Assembly (NCBI GenBank): GCA_044222475.1
Contig: JBGANF010000031.1
Span: 1 to 64,000 of the forward strand
DNA length: 64,000 nucleotides
Direction: 5' to 3'
Source of the DNA: Polyangiaceae bacterium
GTDB taxonomy: Bacteria > Myxococcota_A > Polyangia > Polyangiales > Polyangiaceae
This document shows positions 1 to 9,400 of this stretch, in pieces (position 1 is the stretch's first letter; each line of letters starts with the position of its first letter). A model generated the notes under the pieces. That model saw only the letters and a list, made by a program, of their open reading frames with translations, was not told the DNA's origin and did no database searches. Position numbers and translations under genes: made by a program.

Positions 1-882
1 GATCGCAACTCCCAGACCGCGGTGTACGGGACGACGCTCCCCTACTTCTGGATCCGCAAGTTCGAGATCGGCAAAGGCGACTTCTGGAGCGACAGCGACG
101 AGGTCCTCAAGACGAAGGTGTGCGTCCTCGGGCCGACGGTCGCGACGCGCCTCTTCGGGACCGACGATCCGATCGGACACGTCATCCGCATCGGCCGCGC
201 CCCCTACCGCGTCGTCGGAGTGATGAAGGCCCGCGGGACGTCGCTCTTCGGCGAGGACCAGGACGATCGCGTCTTCGTCCCGATCGGCTCGTTCCGCGCG
301 CGCATCATGCCGACGTCGCCGGGGCGCGTCGACGCGCTGATCGTCGCCGCATCGTCCGAGGAGACGACCGACCGCGCGCAGGCGCAGGTCGACTCGATCC
401 TCCGGCAGCGACACCACATCGCGGCCGGCCGCGACCCCGACTTTCAGGTGAGCTCGCAGGGTGAGCTCCGCGGCGCGCAGCAGGCGATCACCGGAGCGCT
501 CTCGGCGCTGCTCCTCGGCGTCGCGGCGGTCAGCCTCGTCGTCGGCGGCATCGGGGTCATGAACATCATGCTCGTGAGCGTCGCCGAGCGAACGCGCGAG
601 ATCGGCATCCGGCTCTCGATCGGCGCCCGAGAGCGCGACATCCTGATTCAGTTCCTCGTCGAGGCGATCATCCTCAGTCTGATCGGCGGCCTGCTCGGGC
701 TCGTCTTCGGCTCGACGATCGTCGTCGGGCTCGGGCGCGCGCTCGATTGGCCGATGGCGCCGAACGCGCTCGCGGTCGTGCTCGCGTTCGTGACGAGCGG
801 CGGGATCGGCGTCCTCTTCGGGTTCCTCCCCGCGAGGCGCGCGGCCAAGCTCGATCCGATCGAAGCGCTGAGGGTGGAGTAG
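1..882 (+). CDS. MacB/FtsX-family ABC transporter permease (5' truncated by window edge)
   Basis: Frame open from base 1; [23 protein letters not shown] and [15 protein letters not shown] signatures. Confidence 0.93.
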   Translation, partial: DRNSQTAVYGTTLPYFWIRKFEIGKGDFWSDSDEVLKTKVCVLGPTVATRLFGTDDPIGHVIRIGRAPYRVVGVMKARGTSLFGEDQDDRVFVPIGSFRARIMPTSPGRVDALIVAASSEETTDRAQAQVDSILRQRHHIAAGRDPDFQVSSQGELRGAQQAITGALSALLLGVAAVSLVVGGIGVMNIMLVSVAERTREIGIRLSIGARERDILIQFLVEAIILSLIGGLLGLVFGSTIVVGLGRALDWPMAPNALAVVLAFVTSGGIGVLFGFLPARRAAKLDPIEALRVE

Positions 883-884
883 CG

Positions 885-2111
885 ATGCTCGCCTACTTTG
901 CCGCCATCCGCATCGCGCTCCGAGCGATCCAGAAGAACGTCCTCCGCGCGACGCTGACGGTCCTCGGGATCCTGATCGGCGTCGCGGCGGTCGTCACGGT
1001 GACCGCGCTGGGCTCCGGGGCGCGCGAATCGGTGGGGAAGCAGATCGAGTCGCTGGGATCGAACTTCATCATCGTGTTCCCCGACTCGGCGAGCTCCTCG
1101 GGCGCGCGCGGCGCGCAAGGCTCCGGCGCGCGGCTGACCGAGGACGACGGGCGCGCGATCAAGAGCGAAGCGGTGAGCGTCGCCGCGGTCGCGCCGGTGC
1201 TCCGCGCGCGCGCGCAGCTCGTCGTCGGCGACAAGAACACGTCGACGAGCGTCATCGGCTCGAACCGAGACTTCTTCACCGTGCGCAACTGGAAGCTCCA
1301 GAAGGGCACGCTGTGGGACGAGCACGACGAGGTGCTCAAGACGAAGGTGTGCGTGCTCGGCACGACGGTGAAGACGAAGCTCTTCGGCGACCAAGACCCG
1401 ATCGGCAAGACGCTGCGCATCGGCCGCTACAACTACAAGATCCTCGGCGTGCTCGAGTCGAAGGGCCAGGCGCCCATCGGCGGCGACCAAGACGACCAGA
1501 TCGTAATGCCCATCGGATCGATGAGGGCGCGCGTCTTCCGTACGCCCGCCGGCTTCGCGGGCGCGCTCATGATCTCGGCGACGTCGTCGGACACGACCGA
1601 CCGCGCGGTGAACCAGATCACCGGCATCCTCCGCCAGCGTCACCGCATCGACGAGGGCAAGAACCCCGACTTCGCGATCCGCACGCAGCAGGAGTTCCTC
1701 GCGTTGCAGCAAGGGATCTACGGCGTGCTCACCGCGCTCCTCGTAGCGGTCGCGGCGGTGAGCCTCGTCGTCGGCGGGATCGGGATCATGAACATCATGC
1801 TCGTGAGCGTCACCGAGCGAACGCGCGAGATCGGCATCCGCATGGCGATCGGCGCGCGCGAGCACGACATCCGGAGTCAGTTCCTGGTGGAGGCCATCGC
1901 GCTCAGCGTGATCGGGGGGTTACTCGGGCTCGCGGTCGGTGGAGGGGCGACGTACGGCCTCGGGAAGGTCCTCGAGTGGAACATGTCGCTGAGCCCGGCC
2001 GCGGTCGCCGCGTCGATCGGGACGAGCGCGGCCACCGGGATCATTTTCGGGTTCTTCCCGGCGCGGCGCGCGTCGCGCATGGATCCGATCGACGCGCTCC
2101 GCCGCGAGTGA
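885..2111 (+). CDS. MacB/FtsX-family ABC transporter permease (paralog of upstream gene)
   Basis: ATG 885; [52 protein letters not shown]. Confidence 0.94.
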   Translation: MLAYFAAIRIALRAIQKNVLRATLTVLGILIGVAAVVTVTALGSGARESVGKQIESLGSNFIIVFPDSASSSGARGAQGSGARLTEDDGRAIKSEAVSVAAVAPVLRARAQLVVGDKNTSTSVIGSNRDFFTVRNWKLQKGTLWDEHDEVLKTKVCVLGTTVKTKLFGDQDPIGKTLRIGRYNYKILGVLESKGQAPIGGDQDDQIVMPIGSMRARVFRTPAGFAGALMISATSSDTTDRAVNQITGILRQRHRIDEGKNPDFAIRTQQEFLALQQGIYGVLTALLVAVAAVSLVVGGIGIMNIMLVSVTERTREIGIRMAIGAREHDIRSQFLVEAIALSVIGGLLGLAVGGGATYGLGKVLEWNMSLSPAAVAASIGTSAATGIIFGFFPARRASRMDPIDALRRE

Positions 2112-2115
2112 CCTC

Positions 2116-3078
2116 TCAACGCAGGACGTACACGATGGCGGTCACCACCGCGAAGGTCACCTCGCCGGCGAGCCCGAACGACACGCCGTAGAGGAGACCC
2201 ATCCGCGGCGCGGAGTCGGATCGCCCCTTCATCTTCGGGGCCAAGAACCGGTTCGCGAGGACCACCGCGACGAGTCCGACGACGACCCCGGCCATCAACC
2301 CGAGGAGGGGCGCATCACCGCACCCTTGCTTCAGCGAGATCCCATCGCCGTCGTCGGACTCGACGGTGCAATCGACCGCGTTCGCCATGAGCTGCACCAG
2401 CGGGACCATCGCGAAGAAGAGCAGGAACGTGACCGCGCTCGCGATCCTCAGCGCGACCGCGAGCGGCGGCCGAGCATGGGCCTCCCCGCTCGCCTTCACC
2501 GGTGGGAGCGCCTGCGCCAACTTCACGAACGCGGCGATCATCTTCTCGGCACGGGCCGGGACCTCCTTGCCGGTCGCGAACTCGGACAAGGTGGCGACGA
2601 CGCGTCCCCGCGCGTCGTCGATCGTCACCTTGCGCATCCCGGTCGCGAACAGATCGAGGATCGCGCGCCGGGCGTCGTCGCAGAGCACGGCGTGGAGCAC
2701 GCTCGGATCCATCGTCGGCGAGTCGACGTACACCGCAGAGTCGAACTCTCGGTCGTCGGTCTGGTGCTCGCGGTTGACGCCGGCCGACTTCGCGCGGACG
2801 TGCGCGACCGACTCGGGGACGAGCTCGATCGCCAACGGTCGCACGGCGACCAGCGAACGACTCGCGCTCGCTCGGTACGCGGCGGCGGCGCCCGCGTCGA
2901 CGGAGCCCTTCGCGTGGGCGTCATACGGTACCGAGAGACTGAGCGACGAAGTCGAGCCGGGGCTGTACTCGACGGTCACGCTCACCGAGCCCCGTCGCAC
3001 GACGAAGGTCGTGCCCTCGTCCCCGCCGGCGAGCTCGCGCAGCCCGCGAACGAGAGCGCCTTCGGGCTCGTCGCTCAT
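2116..3078 (-). CDS. Hypothetical membrane protein (three C-terminal TM helices)
   Basis: Start MSDEPEG overlaps the kinase stop; hydrophobic C-terminal segments. Confidence 0.75.
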   Translation of the reverse strand: MSDEPEGALVRGLRELAGGDEGTTFVVRRGSVSVTVEYSPGSTSSLSLSVPYDAHAKGSVDAGAAAAYRASASRSLVAVRPLAIELVPESVAHVRAKSAGVNREHQTDDREFDSAVYVDSPTMDPSVLHAVLCDDARRAILDLFATGMRKVTIDDARGRVVATLSEFATGKEVPARAEKMIAAFVKLAQALPPVKASGEAHARPPLAVALRIASAVTFLLFFAMVPLVQLMANAVDCTVESDDGDGISLKQGCGDAPLLGLMAGVVVGLVAVVLANRFLAPKMKGRSDSAPRMGLLYGVSFGLAGEVTFAVVTAIVYVLR

Positions 3079-4538
3079 CAGTGCTTGGTGGTGGGCACTG
3101 GAGTACGGGCGGCGCTGCCGGTGGGCTTGACCGACGGGTGAGCGCTCGCGGTGACGCTCGGCTTCGCCGTCGCGACGGTCACCGGCGGCTTCACGGTCGC
3201 CACGACGGACGGAACCTTCTTCGCCGACGCGCTCGCGCTGGGCGACGCGGTCGCGCTCGGCGGCGCGGAGGCCGCTGGTGCGGCCGCCGCGATCTCGGCG
3301 TTCTCGCGCGGGAAGACGACCCAGGCGACCCCGGCCGCGGCCGCCGCCGCCAACAGCACGACGACGGGAGCGACCCACCGCCGGCGCGGTGCAGGCGCGG
3401 ACGTGGTCCCGGTGAGGGTCGGCGCGGACATCGCCTCTTGCGTCTCTGCGAGGGCCGCCGGCGTCGAGGTGCTCTTCTGCTGCGGACCGAGGAGGTTCAG
3501 CCCCGGCGGGACGAACGCGATCGCCGGTGTCGGCGGCGCGAGCGACGAGATCTTGCGCGGCTTGAGCCACTCCTTCTCGAGCACCGCGCCGCAGATGTCC
3601 TCCGTGTGCCCGTGCGCGACGAGCCACTTGGCGAAGGCGATGCCGAGGTCGCGCGCGTTCGCGAAGCGTTCGCTCGGCGCCTTCGCGAGCCCGCGATGCA
3701 TGATCTGGATCAGCGCCTCGTCGACCTCGCCCCCGAGCGGCAGCGGCGTCGCCTCCCCCTCGACGATGGCCTTGAACATCTCGTACTGGTTCTCACCGCC
3801 GAACGGCAGGTGGCCGGTGACGAGCTCGTAGAACACGACGCACAGCGACCAGAGATCGCTCCGCGCGTCGACCTCTTGGCTCCGGATCTGCTCCGGCGAC
3901 ATGTATGCGGGGCTGCCCACGAGCATGCCCTCTTGCGTGTGCCGGGTGCTGGCTCTCTGAAGGCGCGCGAGCCCGAAGTCGATGAGCTTCGGCTGAACGC
4001 GCTGCGCCTCGTCGACGGCGAGGAAGAGGTTCCCCGGCTTGATGTCGCGGTGGATGACCAACTTTCCGTGCGCGATCGACAGCGCGTCGATCAGCGGAAG
4101 CAGGAGCTTCATCGCGCGCGACGGCTCGAGCGGGCCCACGCGGTGGAGGAGCTCGTCGAGCGACTCGCCCTTGAGGTGCTCCATGACCAGGAACGGATCG
4201 CCGCGCGTGGTCTCGCCGTAGTCGAACACGCGCACGATGGCGGGGTGCTCGAGCGCGGCGGCCGCGCGCGCCTCGCCGAGGAGGCGCTCGGCGCCGTCCC
4301 CAGGTCCACCGCGCACGAAGAGCTTCACCGCCACTTCGTTCTGGAGCGTCTTGTCCTTCGCGAGCCAAACCTGGCCGATCCCGCCTTGGCCGAGGAGGCC
4401 CAAGAGCTCGTAGCGATCGGCGATGACGGCGCCAGCCGCGTACGGGCTCGGGGTCGAGGACGGGGGCGAGGGCGAAGCAGCGCTCTCCCCGGACACCGGG
4501 TTCTCCCCCCCAAGGTCCTGGTCAGCGCTCACAGACAT
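3078..4538 (-). CDS. Hanks-type Ser/Thr protein kinase with TM helix and Pro/Ser/Ala-rich tail
   Basis: LGQGGIGQV, VAVK, HRDIKPGN, DFGLA, GSPAYMSPE; start uncertain. Confidence 0.93.
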   Translation of the reverse strand: MSVSADQDLGGENPVSGESAASPSPPSSTPSPYAAGAVIADRYELLGLLGQGGIGQVWLAKDKTLQNEVAVKLFVRGGPGDGAERLLGEARAAAALEHPAIVRVFDYGETTRGDPFLVMEHLKGESLDELLHRVGPLEPSRAMKLLLPLIDALSIAHGKLVIHRDIKPGNLFLAVDEAQRVQPKLIDFGLARLQRASTRHTQEGMLVGSPAYMSPEQIRSQEVDARSDLWSLCVVFYELVTGHLPFGGENQYEMFKAIVEGEATPLPLGGEVDEALIQIMHRGLAKAPSERFANARDLGIAFAKWLVAHGHTEDICGAVLEKEWLKPRKISSLAPPTPAIAFVPPGLNLLGPQQKSTSTPAALAETQEAMSAPTLTGTTSAPAPRRRWVAPVVVLLAAAAAAGVAWVVFPRENAEIAAAAPAASAPPSATASPSASASAKKVPSVVATVKPPVTVATAKPSVTASAHPSVKPTGSAARTPVPTTKH

Positions 4539-4701
4539 CCATCGAACAGAATAGCGCGGTCCGAGGCTCGTCGGAGCTGAAAGCGGACCCCACACGGACC
4601 TACCTTGCCCTCGTACTCGTACTCGTGAACGGCGACTGCGCGTCTTCGTGGGCGGACTCGTTTACGCGTGCACGAACACGCTCACGAGCACGTGCACGTG
4701 C

Positions 4702-4761
4702 ACGTGAACGGGTACGTGAACGGGTACGTGAACGGGTACGTGAACGGGTACGTGAACGGGT
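4702..4761. repeat. Perfect tandem repeat, 5 x ACGTGAACGGGT, within a longer hexamer-phased tract (~4610-4761)
   Basis: Units at 4702, 4714, 4726, 4738 and 4750 read directly. Confidence 0.95.
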
Positions 4762-6122
4762 CACTTCACCGTCCAACCCCCGTTCACCGCGTACTGCGCG
4801 TGCACCGCGAAGCTCTCGCCATCGGGACCGAAGCGCCGGGTCAGCGGCTCGCAGTCGTACGCACCGGTGCCCCCCTCCCACGCGTGGAACCCGAAGCCTG
4901 CGGCGGTGAGCTGCCCCGGCTTGCCCCACGCCGCCATCTCCCAGCGACGCTCTGCCGCTGCGGCGGGTGAGCCGCCTTTGCACGTCCACGGCTGCGCGTT
5001 GCCACCGCCGTTCGCCGAGTCGTTCGGGCTCACGGCTTCGCGCGCGGCCGAACGCACCGCCCACGCGTCGAGACCGACCGTGCCGTTCTCCCACGTCGTG
5101 GATGGCAAGCCCGGGATCACGTCGTCGTTCGCGACGTGAGCGTACGCGCGCATCACCGTGTTGAGGCAGAGGTGCGTCTGATCGTCGCAGCCGCCGTTCG
5201 CGCCGGATTGATCGTTGCCGTAGTCGAAGCGCGCGCGCACGCGACCATCGGCATCGCACTGCGCCGTCCCGACCACCGGGTTCACCCGGTTCCACATGAT
5301 GCAGGCCTTGTTCGTGCTCGACGAGTTCATCGCGACCGCGTTCTTCCCGTCGAACATCGCCATGCGCGAGTAGCCGCCACCGACCACCGCCGAGAGGAAC
5401 TTCGGCTCCGAGATGTACGCCGGGCCCGGCGGCTTCGCGCCGCACACGCCACCCGCGCAGTGCTCGGTGACGAGCGCCCACATGTCGATGACGCTCGGAC
5501 GAACTTCGTACTTGTAGCGAACGCGGAGCAGCGGCGCCGGATACGTGTACGCATCGGAGAAGAACACGTCGACCGTGAGGTGGCCGACCCCGGCGCCGTC
5601 GACCGAGGGAGGCGTGACGATCTTCGCCGACGTGACGCCGAACCCGCCGTTGTCCTCGGCGCAGTGACGACCGGTGATCTCCCACGCGTTGTTTCCGGTG
5701 AACGCGAACGGAGCGACGCCGCGCGCGTGGTGCCACCCGAACGCGCCGAGGCCGCCGTGGCCAGGCGAGCTGAGCGTCCCCGCGGTCTGGGGAGTGCCGT
5801 CGCCCTTCAGCGGTCGTTCGTCGTCGACGATCGTGCGTTTGCCGTCCGGGGTGGGGCGCACGAGCGTGAGGCGCGCGATGTAGCCGGGCCCCACCGTGAG
5901 GTCTTGGCCGTTGCGCTTCTTCGGACCGTAGCAGTCGGTGTAGACGACCCATGCGCCGGCGCCGTTGGTGAACGTGACGCCGTATTGGTTTTGGGTGACC
6001 TCGACCTTGCCGGCGAGGATCGGCTCGTCGGTCGTGTCCGCGGACACGTCGTCGACGTCCTCCGGCGCGACGGCACAAGCGGCGAGCGAGAACGCGGTGA
6101 CGAACATGCCGGCGAGCTTCAT
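4761..6122 (-). CDS. Hypothetical secreted/lipoprotein, Cys- and Trp-rich
   Basis: Signal peptide with LAAC lipobox; 453-aa ORF with coding-like codon usage. Confidence 0.8.
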   Translation of the reverse strand: MKLAGMFVTAFSLAACAVAPEDVDDVSADTTDEPILAGKVEVTQNQYGVTFTNGAGAWVVYTDCYGPKKRNGQDLTVGPGYIARLTLVRPTPDGKRTIVDDERPLKGDGTPQTAGTLSSPGHGGLGAFGWHHARGVAPFAFTGNNAWEITGRHCAEDNGGFGVTSAKIVTPPSVDGAGVGHLTVDVFFSDAYTYPAPLLRVRYKYEVRPSVIDMWALVTEHCAGGVCGAKPPGPAYISEPKFLSAVVGGGYSRMAMFDGKNAVAMNSSSTNKACIMWNRVNPVVGTAQCDADGRVRARFDYGNDQSGANGGCDDQTHLCLNTVMRAYAHVANDDVIPGLPSTTWENGTVGLDAWAVRSAAREAVSPNDSANGGGNAQPWTCKGGSPAAAAERRWEMAAWGKPGQLTAAGFGFHAWEGGTGAYDCEPLTRRFGPDGESFAVHAQYAVNGGWTVK

Positions 6123-6134
6123 GTCACACCCTTC

Positions 6135-6150
6135 AGCAAGGTGTGGGCCA
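6135..6150 (-). promoter_or_regulatory. Putative sigma54 -24/-12 promoter
   Basis: Minus strand TGGCCCACACCTTGCT matches TGGC-N7-TTGC, just upstream of the ATG at 6122. Confidence 0.65.
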
Positions 6151-6248
6151 GCGCCGATTTCGAGCCGATTCTCGCTCGATCACGCGGCAGTCGGATCGGT
6201 CGAGGGCCGACTGGATCGGGCGCGAACCACGGCGATACGTTGGTGGCG

Positions 6249-7103
6249 ATGGCGGTGCCCGTCCTCTACCACTTCCCGCCGTCGCCCTACTCGATGCGCG
6301 CGCGCATCGTCCTCGCCGAGAAGGGGATCCCGTGGGAGGGGCGGGTGCTGAACATCATCCGCGAGAAGAACTACGAGCCGTCGTACGTGAAGCTCCATCC
6401 CGGCGCCGTCGTGCCGATGCTCGTCGTCGGCGACGAGATCGTCGTCGAATCGGACCGCATCGTGCGCTTCCTCGAGGAGCGCTACCCGGAACCGTCGCTC
6501 ACGCCGACCGACGAGGCCGAGCGCGCCCGGATGGAGGAGTGGTACGCGCGGGCGATGGCCTTCTCGCTCGAGCGCATCCACGCGGCGACGATGACGCGTG
6601 CGTCGGTCATGCTCGACGCGTTCGCCCTCGGACGTCGCGTGAAGCGGCTCGAAGCTCTCGCCCGAAAGCACCCGGACCTCGAGGCGGCCTACACCGCGAA
6701 GGCCGCCGACATCGCGCGAAAGCACGAGAACGCGGCTCGCCCCATCACGCGCGCCGAGGCCATCGCCGAGGTCGAGGCGGTGCTCGACCGAATGGAGAGC
6801 GAGCTCGCGAAGCATCCGTGGCTCGCGGGGTCGACGTACTCGCTCGCGGACGTGATGTGGACGGTCGTCCTGTCCCGCTTCTCGATCTTGGGTCTGTCGC
6901 CGCTGTGGAGCGCGGAGCGCAGACCGGCCGTCGCTCGCTGGTGGGCACGCATCGTCGCTCGCCCGAGCTTCACCGGCGGCGACGTGTGGACGAAGATGAA
7001 GCCGCTCGCTCTCGCCCCCTACGTCGCGCCGATCATCGCGCCGGTTCTCGTGGGGCTCGTCGCGGTGATCGCCGTGGTCGTGTGGCTGCTCGCGCGGCGC
7101 TAG
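6249..7103 (+). CDS. Glutathione S-transferase family protein, GDAP1/PcpC-like, with C-terminal TM anchor
   Basis: LYHFPPSPYSMRARIVLAEK, VPML, ESDRIVRFLEE, WLAGSTYSLADV; hydrophobic tail ending RR. Confidence 0.9.
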   Translation: MAVPVLYHFPPSPYSMRARIVLAEKGIPWEGRVLNIIREKNYEPSYVKLHPGAVVPMLVVGDEIVVESDRIVRFLEERYPEPSLTPTDEAERARMEEWYARAMAFSLERIHAATMTRASVMLDAFALGRRVKRLEALARKHPDLEAAYTAKAADIARKHENAARPITRAEAIAEVEAVLDRMESELAKHPWLAGSTYSLADVMWTVVLSRFSILGLSPLWSAERRPAVARWWARIVARPSFTGGDVWTKMKPLALAPYVAPIIAPVLVGLVAVIAVVVWLLARR

Positions 7104-7106
7104 CGC

Positions 7107-7658
7107 TCAGTTGGGATCCAGCGGGAGGCCCGGGACCTCTTCGACCCTTTGGGTCGGCAGGTCGGCGCACGGAAACGTCACGAGGCGACGTACGTTCTTC
7201 TTCTCTCCCGTGCGCTCGCCGAAGAAATCGGTGACGACGGCGCACTGGCCCGCTTTCTTCTCCAGGCGGGTCTTCTCGTAGGACGCACCGAACACGCAGG
7301 AGAGATCGGTCCCCTCGGGGTGTGCCCAGCAAGGGAGGTCGACCGTGCTCTTCGTGACCAGCCCGTGATCGTCCGTGAGCTCGATGACCACCGAGCTGTG
7401 GAGGCCGAACGGCGCGACCTTGTCGGCGTGGCGATCGACGATGCGCATCAGCAGGCCGGTCGTCACGCCGACGCGAACGTCGGAGGTCGCGTCCGCCGGT
7501 GCGTCTGCCGCCGCATCGACCCACCCATCGGTCGGTGCGTCGGCCGTCGCGTCCCTCGCGGGGACGGGATCGGCGCTCGCTTTGGTCGCCGGTGGTGCGG
7601 TCGGACGAGAGCACGCGACCGTGACCCAGGCCACGGCAACGATCGCGCGGACCCTCAT
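7107..7658 (-). CDS. Hypothetical lipoprotein
   Basis: MRVRAIVAVAWVTVAC lipobox-like start, overlapping the upstream stop (ATGA). Confidence 0.7.
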   Translation of the reverse strand: MRVRAIVAVAWVTVACSRPTAPPATKASADPVPARDATADAPTDGWVDAAADAPADATSDVRVGVTTGLLMRIVDRHADKVAPFGLHSSVVIELTDDHGLVTKSTVDLPCWAHPEGTDLSCVFGASYEKTRLEKKAGQCAVVTDFFGERTGEKKNVRRLVTFPCADLPTQRVEEVPGLPLDPN

Positions 7659-9400
7659 TTGAAATTGCCGCTCGCGACGTCGAACGGCCGCTCCGTCGCG
7701 TTCTCGGGATCGGCGCACACCATCTCGGGCGCCGAGTACGTCAGACTCTTCCCCAGGATCGCGAGCATCTTCTTCCCGACGTCGAAGCTCGGGACGCGGG
7801 CCCCGAGGATCTTGCGCTGCGAAGCGACGAACTCGATGAGCGTGATCCCGTCGAGCTCGCTCTTGCCCTTGAGCACCGCCCGGCTCTGGGTCCAAGGCGT
7901 GCTGGGGGTCATCGGGTCGACCGACGCGATGAGGACGATCGGCGTCTTGCACTCGGGCGTGGCGAGCGGCGGCCAGGACTCGAACCCCGACGGCTTCAGC
8001 GCCGAGCCGTCTTCGTACTTCGGACCCATCCAACCGGTGCCGCGCGCGCGGCAGCGCAGGGTCTCCTTCGGCGGGATCGTGCGCAGGAGGGCTCGTCGCT
8101 CCTCGTAGATCTGCGCGTAGTAATGGCTCGGCCACTCGACGTACTTCGCGTCGACCCAGACGTCGTCCTTGGAGCGCACGCGAACGCCCTCGGCGTTGGG
8201 CGTGTTGTTTTTTCCTTCGATCCACGCGAACGGGGACTTCGGCAGAGCGAGAGTGGTCCACTTGCCCTGGTCGAACTTCGCGACGCGTCCGTCGGCGAGG
8301 GCGGCCCACGGCGCACCGACCTCGATGCCGTCGAGCGCGCGGAGACCGGGCACGTAGCTCGACACGAGAGGCCCGGGCGGCGTGACGTCGGTCATCGCTC
8401 CGCTCGACGATCGAATCGAGAGGCTCGTCGTCGTTCGAATCCACGTCTCCGCGTTCGGCGCGACGTAGACGGCCACGAGGTCCTTGGGCGCGGGGGAAAT
8501 GGGGGCCCACTTCGCGCCGTCGAAGTGGAGCAACGCGCCGCCCTGAATGGCGACCCACACGTCGCTCGGATCACGCGCCGAGACGCTGATGCGAAAGCCC
8601 GCATCCATGCCGACGGGAAGGACGTCGACCGCCGGTTTGCCACCCGGCTTGAAGCGGCGAGCTTGGAGGTACCCCGCGCGCTGGCCGATGGCGTACAGCT
8701 CGCCCGTCGCGAACGGCACGAGCTCGAGCACCTCGAACCCGTCGCCCGCGAGCGGCGGCGCGGTCACGCCGACCCCAACGAGCGGACCGTAGGTGCACCC
8801 GGAGCCGCTGCTGCAGTCGGTCAATCGTTGCGCGACGACTCCGCCGCTCCAGCTCGTCGCCTTCGCGTGTTGCGTCGTGTCGGTCGGCTTGCTGAGGACG
8901 TACTGCCACGCACCGCCGGTGAGCTGCATGACTTGGTACGAGTCGTAGGCTCGACCGCCGACGTTCAGCTGCGCGTACAGACCGTCGGGGTACTTTCCCG
9001 CGAGCCCGAGAAACCACCCTTCGGTCGCCCCCTTCGAGAGCGCGTCCCAGTCGGCGAGCCCGTCACGCGTCGCGCGCGCGAGCGTGCTCGCGCCGGCTTT
9101 GCCGCTCTCGACGAAGGTTTCGTCGCCGAGGAAATCGACCTTCATGCCCACGCAGTACCCATCGGCGACGTACGCGAGCGGTGCTTTGGGATCCGGACGC
9201 GTCCCGAAGTGGAGCGGAGGAAGCGGCCCTTCGACCGGCGGGGTGACCGGCGCCCCTGCGTCGACCGTCGCCACCTGGGGCCCCGCATCGTCGAGCGCGG
9301 TCGCCGTCGCGGTCGTCGTCGCCGGTGGACCTTGCACGCCGACGGCCGACGACCCCTTGCAGGCGACGAGCGCGACGAGACAGAGATGCACACGCCTCAT
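7655..9400 (-). CDS. Hypothetical lipoprotein, probable beta-propeller
   Basis: MRRVHLCLVALVAC; repeated DVWV / HFDGAKW / KFDQGKW blade-like motifs. Confidence 0.75.
   Translation of the reverse strand: MRRVHLCLVALVACKGSSAVGVQGPPATTTATATALDDAGPQVATVDAGAPVTPPVEGPLPPLHFGTRPDPKAPLAYVADGYCVGMKVDFLGDETFVESGKAGASTLARATRDGLADWDALSKGATEGWFLGLAGKYPDGLYAQLNVGGRAYDSYQVMQLTGGAWQYVLSKPTDTTQHAKATSWSGGVVAQRLTDCSSGSGCTYGPLVGVGVTAPPLAGDGFEVLELVPFATGELYAIGQRAGYLQARRFKPGGKPAVDVLPVGMDAGFRISVSARDPSDVWVAIQGGALLHFDGAKWAPISPAPKDLVAVYVAPNAETWIRTTTSLSIRSSSGAMTDVTPPGPLVSSYVPGLRALDGIEVGAPWAALADGRVAKFDQGKWTTLALPKSPFAWIEGKNNTPNAEGVRVRSKDDVWVDAKYVEWPSHYYAQIYEERRALLRTIPPKETLRCRARGTGWMGPKYEDGSALKPSGFESWPPLATPECKTPIVLIASVDPMTPSTPWTQSRAVLKGKSELDGITLIEFVASQRKILGARVPSFDVGKKMLAILGKSLTYSAPEMVCADPENATERPFDVASGNFK

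Noticed and set aside
4702..4761. Repeat array as a CRISPR
   Set aside because: Units are contiguous 12-mers with no spacers, and no cas genes are present
4625..4970. ORFs reading RVRERVRE or HVHVNGYVNG
   Set aside because: Translation artefacts of the hexamer repeat, overlapping a better-supported minus-strand gene
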